Shown here: piece by piece, positions 10,555 through 20,200 of the stretch
Layout: the number at the start of each line of letters is the position of its first letter
How positions within the stretch are numbered: the first letter of the stretch is position 1
Origin: Hyphomicrobiales bacterium
Lineage (GTDB): Bacteria; Pseudomonadota; Alphaproteobacteria; Rhizobiales; Rhizobiaceae
Direction: 5' to 3'
NCBI GenBank assembly: GCA_011087605.1
Contig: JAALLE010000008.1
Location: forward strand, 6,979 to 70,978
Length of the DNA: 64,000 nt
Position numbers and translations under genes: made by a program
The notes under the pieces: model-generated
What the model was told of the DNA's origin: nothing
The model's database searches: none
What the model saw: the letters and a program-made list of their open reading frames with translations, nothing else

Positions 10555-11039
10555 TAGCCGATTTATCTCAAAGCATCATTGAACGAGGCACAGAACTTAA
10601 TATCCACGTTGCAACGGCTGAATCCTGCACAGGTGGACTGATTGCCGGCGCCTTGACCGAAATTGCCGGTTCGTCTGCGGTTGTGGACCGTGGATTTGTC
10701 ACCTATTCGAACGAGGCAAAGAACGAGCTGCTCAATGTGCCGATGGACGTGATCGCCGACAAGGGTGCGGTTTCTGCCACGGTAGCGCGAGCCATGGTTG
10801 CAGGAGCCCTGGCAAATTCACGCGCCCAGATTGCGGTTGCTGTGACAGGCATTGCCGGACCTGGAGGTGGCACAGAAACAAAACCTGTCGGCTTGGTTTA
10901 CATCGCAGTTCAATCGCTGGATGGACTGGCGAATGTAAAGGAATGTAAGTTTGCTGATCAGGGCGCGACGACCCGAGGTCAGGTTCGTGAGATGACGGTG
11001 CAGACAGCTCTTGAAATGTTGCTCGCTGAAATCGGCTAG
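10551..11039 (+). CDS. CinA C-terminal domain / PncC-like nicotinamide-nucleotide amidohydrolase
   Basis: 162 aa with the CinA motif AESCTGGLIAGALTEIAGSS...GFVTYSNEAK. Its start shares an ATGA overlap with the ispDF stop. Confidence 0.85.
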   Translation: MIADLSQSIIERGTELNIHVATAESCTGGLIAGALTEIAGSSAVVDRGFVTYSNEAKNELLNVPMDVIADKGAVSATVARAMVAGALANSRAQIAVAVTGIAGPGGGTETKPVGLVYIAVQSLDGLANVKECKFADQGATTRGQVREMTVQTALEMLLAEIG

Positions 11040-11503
11040 TCGGATTTCCCGTAAAGAGCATCAGCACGATCTTCAAATGCCTGGGTAAAGCGGGCGAATG
11101 CCCGGTCGAACATTGAGCCCATCAGCAGCGCCAGCGCCCGACTCTTGAACTCGTAATCAAGAACAAAGTGGACGTTGCAAGTGCTCTTTCCAGTTGATTC
11201 AAAATTCCATTTGTTTTCAAGGAACTTGAACGGTCCATCAATATAGCTGGCCTGGATCTGAGACGTGTCCGGGTGAAGCAGCACCTGACAGGTGAAGGTT
11301 TCTCGGATCGATTTATAACCCACTGTCATGTCAGCCAGTCGGACCTCTCGTCCAGACTTTTGGCGAGTTGAGCGTGTCGTCAGTGACTGGCAAAGCGGCA
11401 CAAATTCGGGATAGCGGTCGATATCAGCAACCAGATCGAACATATCTGTTGCAGAATGATGGACCGGATGGACTTTTTTAAAATGCGGCACGGCAACGGG
11501 CAT
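11036..11503 (-). CDS. SRPBCC (COQ10/RatA-like polyketide-cyclase fold) protein
   Basis: 155 aa. It begins immediately after the lipA stop, which as far as I recall is the usual lipA-cyclase/dehydrase pairing of alphaproteobacteria. It has the START/Bet-v1-like length and pattern. Confidence 0.75.
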   Translation of the reverse strand: MPVAVPHFKKVHPVHHSATDMFDLVADIDRYPEFVPLCQSLTTRSTRQKSGREVRLADMTVGYKSIRETFTCQVLLHPDTSQIQASYIDGPFKFLENKWNFESTGKSTCNVHFVLDYEFKSRALALLMGSMFDRAFARFTQAFEDRADALYGKSD

Positions 11504-12463
11504 TCAGTTGACCGACAATTGCTTCTCACGAGCCTGCCGCAACCGGGCAAAATCTTCATCAGCATGGTAGGATGAGCGTGTCAGCGGGCTCGATGAAACC
11601 AGCAAAAAACCTTTTGAATAGGCCGCTGTTTCAAAAGATTTGAACTCGTCGGGAGTGATGAAGCGGTCAATCTTGTGATGTTTCTTGGTTGGTTGCAAAT
11701 ACTGGCCAATAGTCAGAAAATCCACTTCAGCAGAACGCAAATCGTCCATCAGTTGCAACACCTCGTTGCGCGTTTCGCCGAAACCAACCATCAGGCCGGA
11801 TTTGGTGAACATGGTCGGGTCAAGTTCCTTCACCCGTTCCAACAGGCGGATAGAATGGTAATATCGGGCTCCGGGGCGGACGGTGAGGTAGCGACCCGGC
11901 ACGGTCTCGATATTGTGGTTAAATACATCAGGCTTTGCTTTAACAACAATCTCTAACGCACCGACTTTACGTAAAAAATCAGGTGTCAGAACTTCAATAG
12001 TTGTGTCCGGCGAGATGGCTCGAATTGCCAATATGGTGTCGGCAATATGCTGTGCACCGCCATCGTCAAGATCGTCGCGGTCCACAGACGTAATGACCAC
12101 GTGTTTAAGCGCCAGCTTGGCAACAGCTTTTGCGACATTTTCCGGTTCGTCGCGATCAAGTGCATCAGGCTTGCCGGTTCGCACATTACAAAAGGCGCAG
12201 GCACGGGTGCACGTGTCACCCATGATCATCATTGTGGCGTGCTTCTTCGACCAGCACTCGCCAATATTGGGGCAGCCCGCCTCTTCACATACAGTGACAA
12301 GGTTGTTTTCCTTGACGATGTTTTTTGTCTCGGTAAAGACCGCCGATGTCGAGGCGCGCACTCTTATCCAATCAGGTTTTTTCAAAACCGGCTGATCAGG
12401 GCGATGTTGCTTTTCAGGGTGGCGGGGACGCGTATCTTTAAGTGTATCCAGCAGCGTGACCAT
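11504..12463 (-). CDS. lipA: Lipoyl synthase
   Basis: 319 aa. It has the auxiliary cluster motif [12 protein letters not shown] and the radical-SAM motif [10 protein letters not shown]. Confidence 0.95.
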   Translation of the reverse strand: MVTLLDTLKDTRPRHPEKQHRPDQPVLKKPDWIRVRASTSAVFTETKNIVKENNLVTVCEEAGCPNIGECWSKKHATMMIMGDTCTRACAFCNVRTGKPDALDRDEPENVAKAVAKLALKHVVITSVDRDDLDDGGAQHIADTILAIRAISPDTTIEVLTPDFLRKVGALEIVVKAKPDVFNHNIETVPGRYLTVRPGARYYHSIRLLERVKELDPTMFTKSGLMVGFGETRNEVLQLMDDLRSAEVDFLTIGQYLQPTKKHHKIDRFITPDEFKSFETAAYSKGFLLVSSSPLTRSSYHADEDFARLRQAREKQLSVN

Positions 12464-12517
12464 AATCAGTCTATTCCTGTAAAAATCTTAGCAGTCTCGC
12501 CCGTCGGCCCTTGCAGA

Positions 12518-12889
12518 CTAGGCGTTTTCAGGCGCGGTTGGTGAAGCCGGCATCAATGTGACGCTCTCACCACAACCACATGCCGATGTCTGATTGGGGT
12601 TGTTGAAGACGAAACCGGAGCGCAATTTGGTCACTTCGAAATCCATTTCAGTTCCGAGAAGGAACAGAACGGCTTCCGGCGCAATGAACACAGCGCTGCC
12701 GCCAGCGTCCACCTTATCGTCTTTTTCATCTGCCTCGGTGACAAGATCAACGGTGTATTCCATACCCGCGCAACCACCATTTTTGACACCAACACGAATG
12801 CCCAGAGCACCGTCTTCGGCGGTATCCACAATCTCGGTTACCCGATCGATTGCGGCATCCGTCAATGTAATGACTGCAAATCTGCTCAT
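12518..12889 (-). CDS. A-type Fe-S cluster carrier (HesB/IscA/SufA/ErpA family)
   Basis: It has GCAGMEY and the C-terminal CGCGESV cysteine triad. The track ORF (to 12943) carries an 18-codon non-homologous extension, so I start at MSRFAVITLTD. Confidence 0.85.
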   Translation of the reverse strand: MSRFAVITLTDAAIDRVTEIVDTAEDGALGIRVGVKNGGCAGMEYTVDLVTEADEKDDKVDAGGSAVFIAPEAVLFLLGTEMDFEVTKLRSGFVFNNPNQTSACGCGESVTLMPASPTAPENA

Positions 12890-12960
12890 TTTTGGCTCCA
12901 AATCACTTGGTTTAAAGATAAGCGCTGTGGCGATGGAATACAATCAGGCGCCCATGCGCC

Positions 12961-13365
12961 CTAAACATACCAGCCCAGCGCAATCTGCGCCTCTTCACTC
13001 AAGCGTTCCGGGGTCCATGGCGGATCAAACACCATATTGACCGTAACACCCGAGACGCCCTCAACAGAACTGACGGCATTTTCAACCCAGATTGGCATTT
13101 CGCCAGCGACCGGACATCCTGGTGCAGTCAATGTCATATCGATATCCACCAGGCGATTGTCGTCCATGTCGATACGGTAGATTAGCCCGATTTCGTAAAT
13201 ATCTGATGGAATTTCTGGATCGTAGACTGTTTTTAATGCGGCAATGATGTCTGTTGTCAGCCGATCCAGTTCTTCTGGAGCAATTGAACTGGGTGTATTT
13301 TCACCGATGGCGGCTGCATTGGGGCCGGTTTCCATATCAGCGGCGGTTAATGTCTGCTCGGTCAT
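12961..13365 (-). CDS. sufT: SUF-associated DUF59 Fe-S assembly protein (SufT-like)
   Basis: 134 aa with the DUF59 core VYDPEIPSDIYEIGLIY...TLTAPGCP. Its start shares an ATGA overlap with the sufS stop. Confidence 0.8.
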   Translation of the reverse strand: MTEQTLTAADMETGPNAAAIGENTPSSIAPEELDRLTTDIIAALKTVYDPEIPSDIYEIGLIYRIDMDDNRLVDIDMTLTAPGCPVAGEMPIWVENAVSSVEGVSGVTVNMVFDPPWTPERLSEEAQIALGWYV

Positions 13366-14591
13366 GAGAAAAACTTTCTTGCCTTTTCAAGCGCTTCTAC
13401 CAGCACATCCACTTCGTTGCGGGTATTGTACAGGCCGAAGCTTGCCCTGCAAGTAGAGGTTGTGCCGAAGCGTTTCAACAGCGGTTGTGCACAATGGGTC
13501 CCAGCGCGCACCGCCGCACCTGCCCGGTCAATCACCATCGACACGTCATGGGCATGGATACCTTCCAGTTCAAACGAGAAAATCGCCCCTTTGTCAGGCG
13601 TATCTCCGAACACCTTCAATGCATTGATTTCACGCAGGCGTTGGCGTGCATAATCGCGCAAATCGGCTTCGTGATCGGCAATATTTTCGCGGCCGATCCC
13701 TTCCATATAATCCAGGGCTGCGCCGAGGCCAATTGCCTGAACAATTGGTGGTGTTCCGGCCTCAAAACGGTGCGGCGGGTCATTGTAGGTCACATTGTCG
13801 AGCGTAACATCAAGTATCATCTCACCACCGCCCTGAAACGGCTGCATCGCCTCCAGAGCTTCTTTCTTGCCGTACAGAGCGCCAATACCTGACGGGCCAT
13901 AAAGTTTGTGGCCCGTAATGCAGTAAAAGTCGCAATCAAGGTCCTGCACATCAACCGGCATGTGCACGGCTCCCTGCGAACCATCCACCATCACTTTGAT
14001 GCCGCGTGCATGGGCCATGGCGCAGATCTCTTTGACCGGCAAAACGCTGCCGGTAACATTCGACATATGCGTAATGGCAATCAGCTTGGTCCGGCCTGTA
14101 CAGGCGGCTTCCACGGCTTCCAGCGATACGGCTCCATCATCCTCGCAGTCAACCCAGACCAGTTTGGCACCCTGCCGCTCGCGCAGAAAATGCCAGGGGA
14201 CTATGTTTGAGTGATGCTCCAGGATCGAAATGACGATCTCATCACCTTCACCTACATTGGGCATCGCATAACCATAGGCCACCAGATTTATCGCCTCGGT
14301 GGTGCCGCTGGTAAAAACGATGTTGTCGTCACTTGGCGCATTGAGAAAGTGACGCACCTTTGTGCGCGCTGCTTCGTAAGCGTCGGTTGCTGCATTGGAC
14401 AGAAAATGCAGCCCGCGATGCACATTGGCATATTCATTGGCGTAGGCGTAGCTGACGGCATCTATGACTTGTTGCGGCTTTTGAGCCGACGCCCCGTTGT
14501 CCAGATAGACCAGCGGTTTGCCGTGGACTTCGCGGTGCAGGATTGGAAAGTCGGCCCGCACGGCCTCAATATCAAAAGTATCACCCGGCAT
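13362..14591 (-). CDS. sufS: Cysteine desulfurase SufS (group II)
   Basis: 409 aa. It has the PLP lysine block ITGHKLYGPSGIGALYG and the active-site cysteine in RAGTHCAQP. Confidence 0.93.
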   Translation of the reverse strand: MPGDTFDIEAVRADFPILHREVHGKPLVYLDNGASAQKPQQVIDAVSYAYANEYANVHRGLHFLSNAATDAYEAARTKVRHFLNAPSDDNIVFTSGTTEAINLVAYGYAMPNVGEGDEIVISILEHHSNIVPWHFLRERQGAKLVWVDCEDDGAVSLEAVEAACTGRTKLIAITHMSNVTGSVLPVKEICAMAHARGIKVMVDGSQGAVHMPVDVQDLDCDFYCITGHKLYGPSGIGALYGKKEALEAMQPFQGGGEMILDVTLDNVTYNDPPHRFEAGTPPIVQAIGLGAALDYMEGIGRENIADHEADLRDYARQRLREINALKVFGDTPDKGAIFSFELEGIHAHDVSMVIDRAGAAVRAGTHCAQPLLKRFGTTSTCRASFGLYNTRNEVDVLVEALEKARKFFS

Positions 14592-14970
14592 AAGAGATAA
14601 ACTCCATCAGTGAACCGTCCGGGTCACGAAAATAAATACTGGTGCCTTGGCCCTGGCCACCAAACCTTTCGACGGGGCCTAATTCAAGCGCCACGCCTTG
14701 TTCTGCCAGGTGATCAGCGGCGGTGGCAATCGGACCGTTCCAGCAAATGCACAAATCGCTGTTGCCCGGCTCGACTGGAATGCGCGCCTTAGGCTCGGCA
14801 AACAGGTCGGGACCGTGACAATTCAACTGTTGATTGCCCCAGCGAAACCGGTAACCGTGACCAGCCGGTACGGCTTCGGCTCCCAGAACTCGCGTGTAAA
14901 AATCCCTTGCGACATCCCAGTCGGAGACGTGAATTACGCAATGGTCGAAGCTGACAGGCAGGTCAGACAT
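14581..14970 (-). CDS. VOC / glyoxalase-bleomycin-resistance fold protein embedded in the suf operon
   Basis: 129 aa. The N-terminus FDHCVIHVSDWDVARDFYTRVLGAE and the C-terminus TSIYFRDPDGSLMEF are typical VOC beta-alpha-beta-beta-beta modules. It overlaps the sufD stop by 8 nt and the sufS start by 11 nt. Confidence 0.7.
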   Translation of the reverse strand: MSDLPVSFDHCVIHVSDWDVARDFYTRVLGAEAVPAGHGYRFRWGNQQLNCHGPDLFAEPKARIPVEPGNSDLCICWNGPIATAADHLAEQGVALELGPVERFGGQGQGTSIYFRDPDGSLMEFISYAG

Positions 14971-16231
14971 GCTGTTCCATCCAGATGTCGATGCGCCGCT
15001 CTAGTGCTTCGATAAGAGGCTGATCTTCGAGCTCTTCGACGATTTCTGCAACAAATGCCTTAATCAGCATGCGACGTGCACGGGTTTCAGAAATGCCCCG
15101 TGCCATCAGATAGAACATATAGCTTTCTTCAATGTCCGTCACTGTGGCGCCGTGCGCGCACTGCACATCATCGGCAAAGATTTCGAGTTCCGGTTTAGCG
15201 GAAAAATCGCAATCGTCGGACAAAAGCAATGTATTGCAGGCCATGCGCGCATCCGTCTGCTGAGCTGCCTGACGCACATTGATCTGACCCTGAAATACCC
15301 CCCGGCCCCGCCCCGTGGTGACATTGCGGAACGTTTCCTGCGAATTGGTGTCGGGAACATGGTGGGTAATTCGGGAAGTCACGTCGATATGTGCTTCACC
15401 ACCAACAAGGTTGACGCCAGAAATATTGAGGTTTGCCCCTTCGCCCATCACGTCGAAGTTGATCTCTTGACGCACCAGCTTGCCGCCAGCGTTGAGGATG
15501 AACAGGTTGAGAGTGGCCGTCTCGCCCATGGTGACGTTGAACTGTGCCAGCCGCTGGGCAGCATCGCCTTCTTCAATCGACAGCACGTAGTTGACCGTCG
15601 CACCGTCTTTGATGTCCAGATCAACCAAGGAGGAATGCAGATAAAACACGTCGTTTTTGCCAACAGCCCGGTCAATCAACCGGCATGATGACCCCGATTC
15701 CGCAACGATGCAGGTGCGCATGGCGGCAACCGTATCTTCTGCACCCGTATGAGCGTGGGCGATCCCGACTATCTTCTCAACTTCTGCATTGGCCTGTATC
15801 GTGATGGATGCGCCGCTGGATGCAAATGCTGTATTTATCCGGGCAACCGCGTCATCTGCACCGGCTGGCGCAGGAAGCTGGGCATCCACAAGGATCCCCT
15901 TCGGCAATTCATCGCCCCAATCAAAATAGTGACCATCGCGAAAATGCAAAACACTGGCATCTTCAACCAGGCGAGGAAAACCCGTGCCAATCGCCCTAGC
16001 ATCTTCCTCAGAAGGCCGTTCTGCAATCTTGTATTTGCCACGCAGCAGTGCGCGCAGATCCGTATAGTGAAACGCTTCCAGGCGTCTTGTCGGCAATCCC
16101 AATTCCCGCAGCGCGTTAATTGCAGTTGTGCGAGCTTCATTGTGATCGGCTGGTGGGGCGCTGTCATAGGCCGCCATCAGCACCGTTTCGCCATCGGTAA
16201 GAATACGAGGAGTATGAGCTGTCATCGTCAT
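14963..16231 (-). CDS. sufD: Fe-S cluster assembly protein SufD
   Basis: 422 aa with the C-terminal SufBD beta-helix pattern (CAHGATVTDIEE..FYLMARGI). It lies between sufC and sufS. Confidence 0.9.
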   Translation of the reverse strand: MTMTAHTPRILTDGETVLMAAYDSAPPADHNEARTTAINALRELGLPTRRLEAFHYTDLRALLRGKYKIAERPSEEDARAIGTGFPRLVEDASVLHFRDGHYFDWGDELPKGILVDAQLPAPAGADDAVARINTAFASSGASITIQANAEVEKIVGIAHAHTGAEDTVAAMRTCIVAESGSSCRLIDRAVGKNDVFYLHSSLVDLDIKDGATVNYVLSIEEGDAAQRLAQFNVTMGETATLNLFILNAGGKLVRQEINFDVMGEGANLNISGVNLVGGEAHIDVTSRITHHVPDTNSQETFRNVTTGRGRGVFQGQINVRQAAQQTDARMACNTLLLSDDCDFSAKPELEIFADDVQCAHGATVTDIEESYMFYLMARGISETRARRMLIKAFVAEIVEELEDQPLIEALERRIDIWMEQHV

Positions 16232-16237
16232 GTCGCC

Positions 16238-16993
16238 CTATGCCGCAGCAGAAATAATGTCTGCATAGCCTTTTTCTTCAAGCTCGAGCGCAAGTGACTT
16301 GTCACCAGACTTAACGATCTGGCCCTTAGACAAAACATGCACAGTGTCAGGAACAATATGGTCGAGCAACCGTTGATAATGGGTGATGACGATCACAGCT
16401 CGGCTTGGATCACGCAACATATTCACACCGTCGGACACAACTTTCAGAGCATCAATATCCAGACCGGAATCTGTTTCATCCAGAACGCAGAGTTTTGGCT
16501 CAAGCAACGACATTTGAAGAATTTCGGCACGCTTTTTTTCGCCACCGGAGAAACCCACATTGACCGGGCGCTTCAGCATGTTGAAATCGATCTTAAGAGC
16601 GGCAGCGGCGGCGCGCACCCGTTTGATAAATTCCGGCGTTGTCAATTCGTCTTCTCCACGCTGTTTGCGCTGAGCGTTCATGGCTTCTTTGAGAAACGTC
16701 ATGGTCGGCACGCCCGGAATTTCAACCGGGTATTGGAACGCCAGAAACAAACCGGCCGCGGCGCGTTCAGAAACATCCAGATCCAGCAGGTTTTCACCGT
16801 TATAAGTGATCGAGCCCTGCGTAATCTCGTAGTCTTCCTTGCCCGACAGAACATAGGACAAGGTCGACTTTCCCGATCCGTTAGGCCCCATTATGGCCGC
16901 CACTTCACCAGCAGCAACTGACAGATTCAGGCCCCGAATGATTTCTGTTTCATCTTCAGCGATGCGCACATGAAGGTCTTTAATTTCCAGCAT
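16238..16993 (-). CDS. sufC: Fe-S cluster assembly ATPase SufC
   Basis: It has Walker A GPNGSGKST, the signature FSGGEKKR, and Walker B LCVLDETDSGLD. I start at MLEIKDLHV (251 aa, the usual SufC length). The 32-codon extension in the track ORF is not SufC-like. Confidence 0.93.
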   Translation of the reverse strand: MLEIKDLHVRIAEDETEIIRGLNLSVAAGEVAAIMGPNGSGKSTLSYVLSGKEDYEITQGSITYNGENLLDLDVSERAAAGLFLAFQYPVEIPGVPTMTFLKEAMNAQRKQRGEDELTTPEFIKRVRAAAAALKIDFNMLKRPVNVGFSGGEKKRAEILQMSLLEPKLCVLDETDSGLDIDALKVVSDGVNMLRDPSRAVIVITHYQRLLDHIVPDTVHVLSKGQIVKSGDKSLALELEEKGYADIISAAA

Positions 16994-17008
16994 TTCTCTT
17001 CTCTCTTG

Positions 17009-17041
17009 CCCTTGCGGGCTACTTTTTAACCCTTGCGGGCT
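17009..17041 (-). repeat. Two copies of a 12-nt direct repeat, each a mini GNRA hairpin, just upstream of sufC
   Basis: CCCTTGCGGGCT occurs at 17009-17020 and again at 17030-17041, 21 nt apart. On the transcribed strand each copy reads AGCCC-GCAA-GGG, a 3-5 bp stem with a GCAA tetraloop. Confidence 0.35.
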
Positions 17042-17051
17042 CAATTCCTGT

Positions 17052-17177
17052 TCAATCCGACGGGTTCTTGGTGTTGCCGCCGCCGACATATTTCAAAACA
17101 ATGGCCACCACGAGTGGCCCCAATACCCAAACGCCAAAGCCCCAAGCCGGAGCCAGACCCAATTCTGCCTCTCCCAT
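17052..17177 (-). CDS. Candidate 41-aa single-TM peptide between sufB and sufC (unannotated small ORF)
   Basis: Hand translation gives MGEAELGLAPAWGFGVWVLGPLVVAIVLKYVGGGNTKNPSD. GGAG lies 6 nt upstream of the ATG at 17177. It is below the 60-aa cutoff of the ORF track. Upstream in-frame alternative starts are ATG 17183 (43 aa) and TTG 17228 (58 aa, two hydrophobic segments). Confidence 0.25.
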   Translation of the reverse strand: MGEAELGLAPAWGFGVWVLGPLVVAIVLKYVGGGNTKNPSD

Positions 17178-17285
17178 CGCCATCTCCAGCGCCGGAATGG
17201 CGATAAAGACCAACGGGAATACGATCAATCCAAAGGAACACGAGAATGCGCATCCAGATGGAAGAAAACAGGCGGGTTTTGTCCA

Positions 17286-18815
17286 CTAGCCTACAGATCC
17301 TTCCAAGCTGATGCCGATCAGTTTTTGCGCTTCCACGGCAAATTCCATGGGCAGTTCCTGAATAACTTCCTTGACGAAACCGTTGACGATCAGCGCAATG
17401 GCTTCCTCTTCAGGAATGCCACGTTGCAAACAATAGAACAGCTGATCATCGGAGATCTTCGACGTGGTCGCTTCATGTTCCAACTGGGCGTCTTTGTTTT
17501 TGGCTTCGATATACGGCACCGTATGTGCACCGCACTGATCGCCGATTAACAGGCTGTCGCACTGGGTAAAATTGCGCGCTGAATCAGCCCGACGCCCGAC
17601 GCTCACCTGACCTCTGTACGTGTTGGAGGATCGACCGGCGCTAATGCCCTTTGAGATAATCCGGCTGGTCGTGTTCTTGCCCAGATGCAGCATTTTGGTG
17701 CCACTATCGACCTGCTGCATGCCGTTCGACACGGCAATGGAATAAAACTCACCGCGGGATCCGTCGCCGCGCAGAATGCAACTTGGATATTTCCAGGTCA
17801 CAGCGGATCCGGTTTCAACCTGTGTCCAGGATATTTTGGAGTTCTTACCGCGACAATCACCACGCTTGGTAACAAAATTATAGATGCCGCCCTTGCCGTT
17901 TTCGTCACCGGGATACCAGTTTTGAACCGTTGAATATTTGATTTCTGCATCATCCATTGCAACCAGTTCCACAACGGCGGCATGCAACTGATTTTCATCT
18001 CGCTGAGGCGCGGTACAGCCTTCCAGATAGGAGACGTAGGAGCCCTTTTCCGCGATGATCAATGTCCGTTCAAACTGACCCGTATTCTGTTCGTTGATGC
18101 GAAAATAGGTCGACAATTCCATCGGGCAACGGACACCTTCGGGGATGTAAACGAAGGTACCATCAGTGAAGACAGCACAATTGAGGGTGGCAAAGAAATT
18201 GTCAGTAACCGGCACGACGGTCGCCAGATACTTTTGAACCAGTTCGGGATAATCTTTGATGGCCTCGGTAATTGAGCAAAAGATCACTCCAGCCTTGGCC
18301 AGTTCTTCGCGAAATGTTGTGACTACAGAAACAGAATCGAAAACCGCATCAACCGCGACCCGGCCCGATTTGTAGATGTTGTCGCCAAGATCCTCTTCGC
18401 GTTCCACCTCTTCCGTCTTCGGCTTGACGACACCAGCCAGAATTTCCTGCTCGCGCAGCGGAATGCCGAGCTTTTCATAGGTGCGCAGCAGTTCGGGATC
18501 GACTTCATCAAGTGATTTTGGTCCGTCTTCAAAGTTTTTTGGAGCGGCGTAGTAATAAATATCCTGATAGTCGATCTTGCCATAGGCAACGCGTGCCCAG
18601 TCTGGCTCGGTCATGGTTTTCCAGCGGGCAAATGCCTCCAGACGCCATTTCAACATCCATTCAGGCTCGCCCTTTTTGGCCGAGATGAACCGGATTGTGT
18701 CTTCGTCGAGCCCTTTGGGGGCTTTATCAGACTCAATGTCTGTCGAAAAACCGTATTTATACTGGTCAATATCCAGTGTTTTGACGGTATCGATGGTTTC
18801 TTGAACCGCGACCAT
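17286..18815 (-). CDS. sufB: Fe-S cluster assembly scaffold SufB
   Basis: 509 aa. It has highly conserved SufB blocks ([43 protein letters not shown]). Confidence 0.95.
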   Translation of the reverse strand: MVAVQETIDTVKTLDIDQYKYGFSTDIESDKAPKGLDEDTIRFISAKKGEPEWMLKWRLEAFARWKTMTEPDWARVAYGKIDYQDIYYYAAPKNFEDGPKSLDEVDPELLRTYEKLGIPLREQEILAGVVKPKTEEVEREEDLGDNIYKSGRVAVDAVFDSVSVVTTFREELAKAGVIFCSITEAIKDYPELVQKYLATVVPVTDNFFATLNCAVFTDGTFVYIPEGVRCPMELSTYFRINEQNTGQFERTLIIAEKGSYVSYLEGCTAPQRDENQLHAAVVELVAMDDAEIKYSTVQNWYPGDENGKGGIYNFVTKRGDCRGKNSKISWTQVETGSAVTWKYPSCILRGDGSRGEFYSIAVSNGMQQVDSGTKMLHLGKNTTSRIISKGISAGRSSNTYRGQVSVGRRADSARNFTQCDSLLIGDQCGAHTVPYIEAKNKDAQLEHEATTSKISDDQLFYCLQRGIPEEEAIALIVNGFVKEVIQELPMEFAVEAQKLIGISLEGSVG

Positions 18816-18847
18816 TATTATTCTCGCTTCCCTGCCTCAGGTATCCG

Positions 18848-20044
18848 CTAAGCGGCACCTGCAATTGCGTTTTGGGTCATTTCGCTCAGTCTTCTGGTGA
18901 TCCTTTTGAAGGATCTTGCAAAATGTTCCACATCTTCTTGTTTTGAGTCCCAGCCAAGGCTCACGCGAATGGCCCCTCTGGCGACTTCCGGCTTCACACC
19001 CATTGCCTCGAGCACATGGCTGGCGCCAACTTTGCCCGATGAACATGCTGACCCGCTGGAAACCGCCACCCCGTCCAGATCAAAAGCGATCAGGGCAGTT
19101 TCAGCTTTCAATCCTTCAACGCTGAACAGACAGGTATTTCCAACCCGTTCTGAATCGCGTCCAAAAATCGTCAGCCGATCAGACAGGCCATTCTCGGCAC
19201 ATATAGGGTGCAAACTTGATTCAATCGAGTCCTTCAACGCGACTGTTTCCAAGTATTTTGCGGCGTCGATATTGGCGAGCCCCGCGGCCACGCCAAATCC
19301 GCTGATTGCTGCTGTATTTTCAGTCCCTGCCCGCCGGTTCAACTCCTGCCCGCCGCCGCGAATTGCCGGCGGGACCGACAGGACCGCGTGGGCATTGATA
19401 AATGCACCCACTCCCTGCGGGCCGCCCAGTTTATGGGCTGACAGGATCATGAAATCGACACCAAGTTCCCCGATATCAATACTTAGACGACCGGCAGCCT
19501 GCACCGCGTCACACAACACATAGCCCCCTCTAAGCCGCACGATCTTCGCAGCATCTGCTACTGGTTGGACAATGCCGGTTTCACTGTTGACCATCTGAAT
19601 GGCCAAATATGGAACTTTGCCTGCGTGCTGACTCAACAATCTTTCAAAAGCTTGCAGGTCGATCTGTCCGTTTTGATGCACAGGCACCGTAACAACCTGA
19701 TCCTGCTCAAAGCGCCCGCCGCTGAGTATGCAGGGGTGTTCCGTCGCTGCCACAAACAGGATATCAGCATCGCGCGGGCGCCCATCGCTGTAGATCAGAG
19801 GGCTCAACGCAAGGTTGGCGGCTTCAGTCGCGCTGCTGGTGAACGTCACGCCGTCAATGTCTGCCCCCACCAGTTCTGCAACCTGCTTGCGAGCGGCTTC
19901 AATGAGTTTGCGGTGATGGCGACCTTCGCGGTGAATTGATGAAGCATTCCCCGGATGAACGAACACGTCCTGCATTGCCGCCGAAACCTCAGGTCGCATG
20001 GGCGCGCTGGCGTTATAATCAAGGTAAGAACGACGGATTGACAT
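18848..20044 (-). CDS. Class V aminotransferase / NifS-IscS-like cysteine desulfurase, first gene of the suf cluster
   Basis: 398 aa. It has the PLP lysine block LSAHKLGGPQG and the active-site cysteine loop SSGSACSSG. Confidence 0.88.
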   Translation of the reverse strand: MSIRRSYLDYNASAPMRPEVSAAMQDVFVHPGNASSIHREGRHHRKLIEAARKQVAELVGADIDGVTFTSSATEAANLALSPLIYSDGRPRDADILFVAATEHPCILSGGRFEQDQVVTVPVHQNGQIDLQAFERLLSQHAGKVPYLAIQMVNSETGIVQPVADAAKIVRLRGGYVLCDAVQAAGRLSIDIGELGVDFMILSAHKLGGPQGVGAFINAHAVLSVPPAIRGGGQELNRRAGTENTAAISGFGVAAGLANIDAAKYLETVALKDSIESSLHPICAENGLSDRLTIFGRDSERVGNTCLFSVEGLKAETALIAFDLDGVAVSSGSACSSGKVGASHVLEAMGVKPEVARGAIRVSLGWDSKQEDVEHFARSFKRITRRLSEMTQNAIAGAA

Positions 20045-20182
20045 TTAGCTGAGGCACCATTTATGGGGCTCCATCTGCATGGGCACCCTATTTTCCTTGA
20101 AATCTTGAGGCTGAATGGCCTATGTACGGCTTTCGCAGGGCAAAGCCGAGCCAGTTTCGGTATGTCTTGTAGATTTGAACTG

Positions 20183-20200
20183 TTCTAAACTAGGTTAGAA
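20183..20200. promoter_or_regulatory. Palindrome TTCTAA-N6-TTAGAA in the suf / hydrolase divergent promoter region
   Basis: TTCTAA (20183-20188), ACTAGG, TTAGAA (20195-20200). It is flanked by a second inverted pair, CAGTTTC (20152-20158) and GAAACTG (20198-20204). It lies about 140 bp upstream of the first suf-cluster gene. Confidence 0.25.

Noticed and set aside
11036-11503. Possible RatA-type toxin of a toxin-antitoxin pair
   Set aside because: There is no small partner ORF. The gene starts directly after lipA, the conserved COQ10/SRPBCC position as I recall. A TA-module interpretation is unsupported.
16994-17089. N-terminal extensions of maximal ORFs (sufC here; also 26951..27076, 44763..44852, 47594..47683, 49611..49763, 12890..12943, 27116..27175)
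   Set aside because: The extensions are not similar to the respective families, and they make the proteins longer than their typical homologues. Internal ATG or GTG starts give canonical N-termini.
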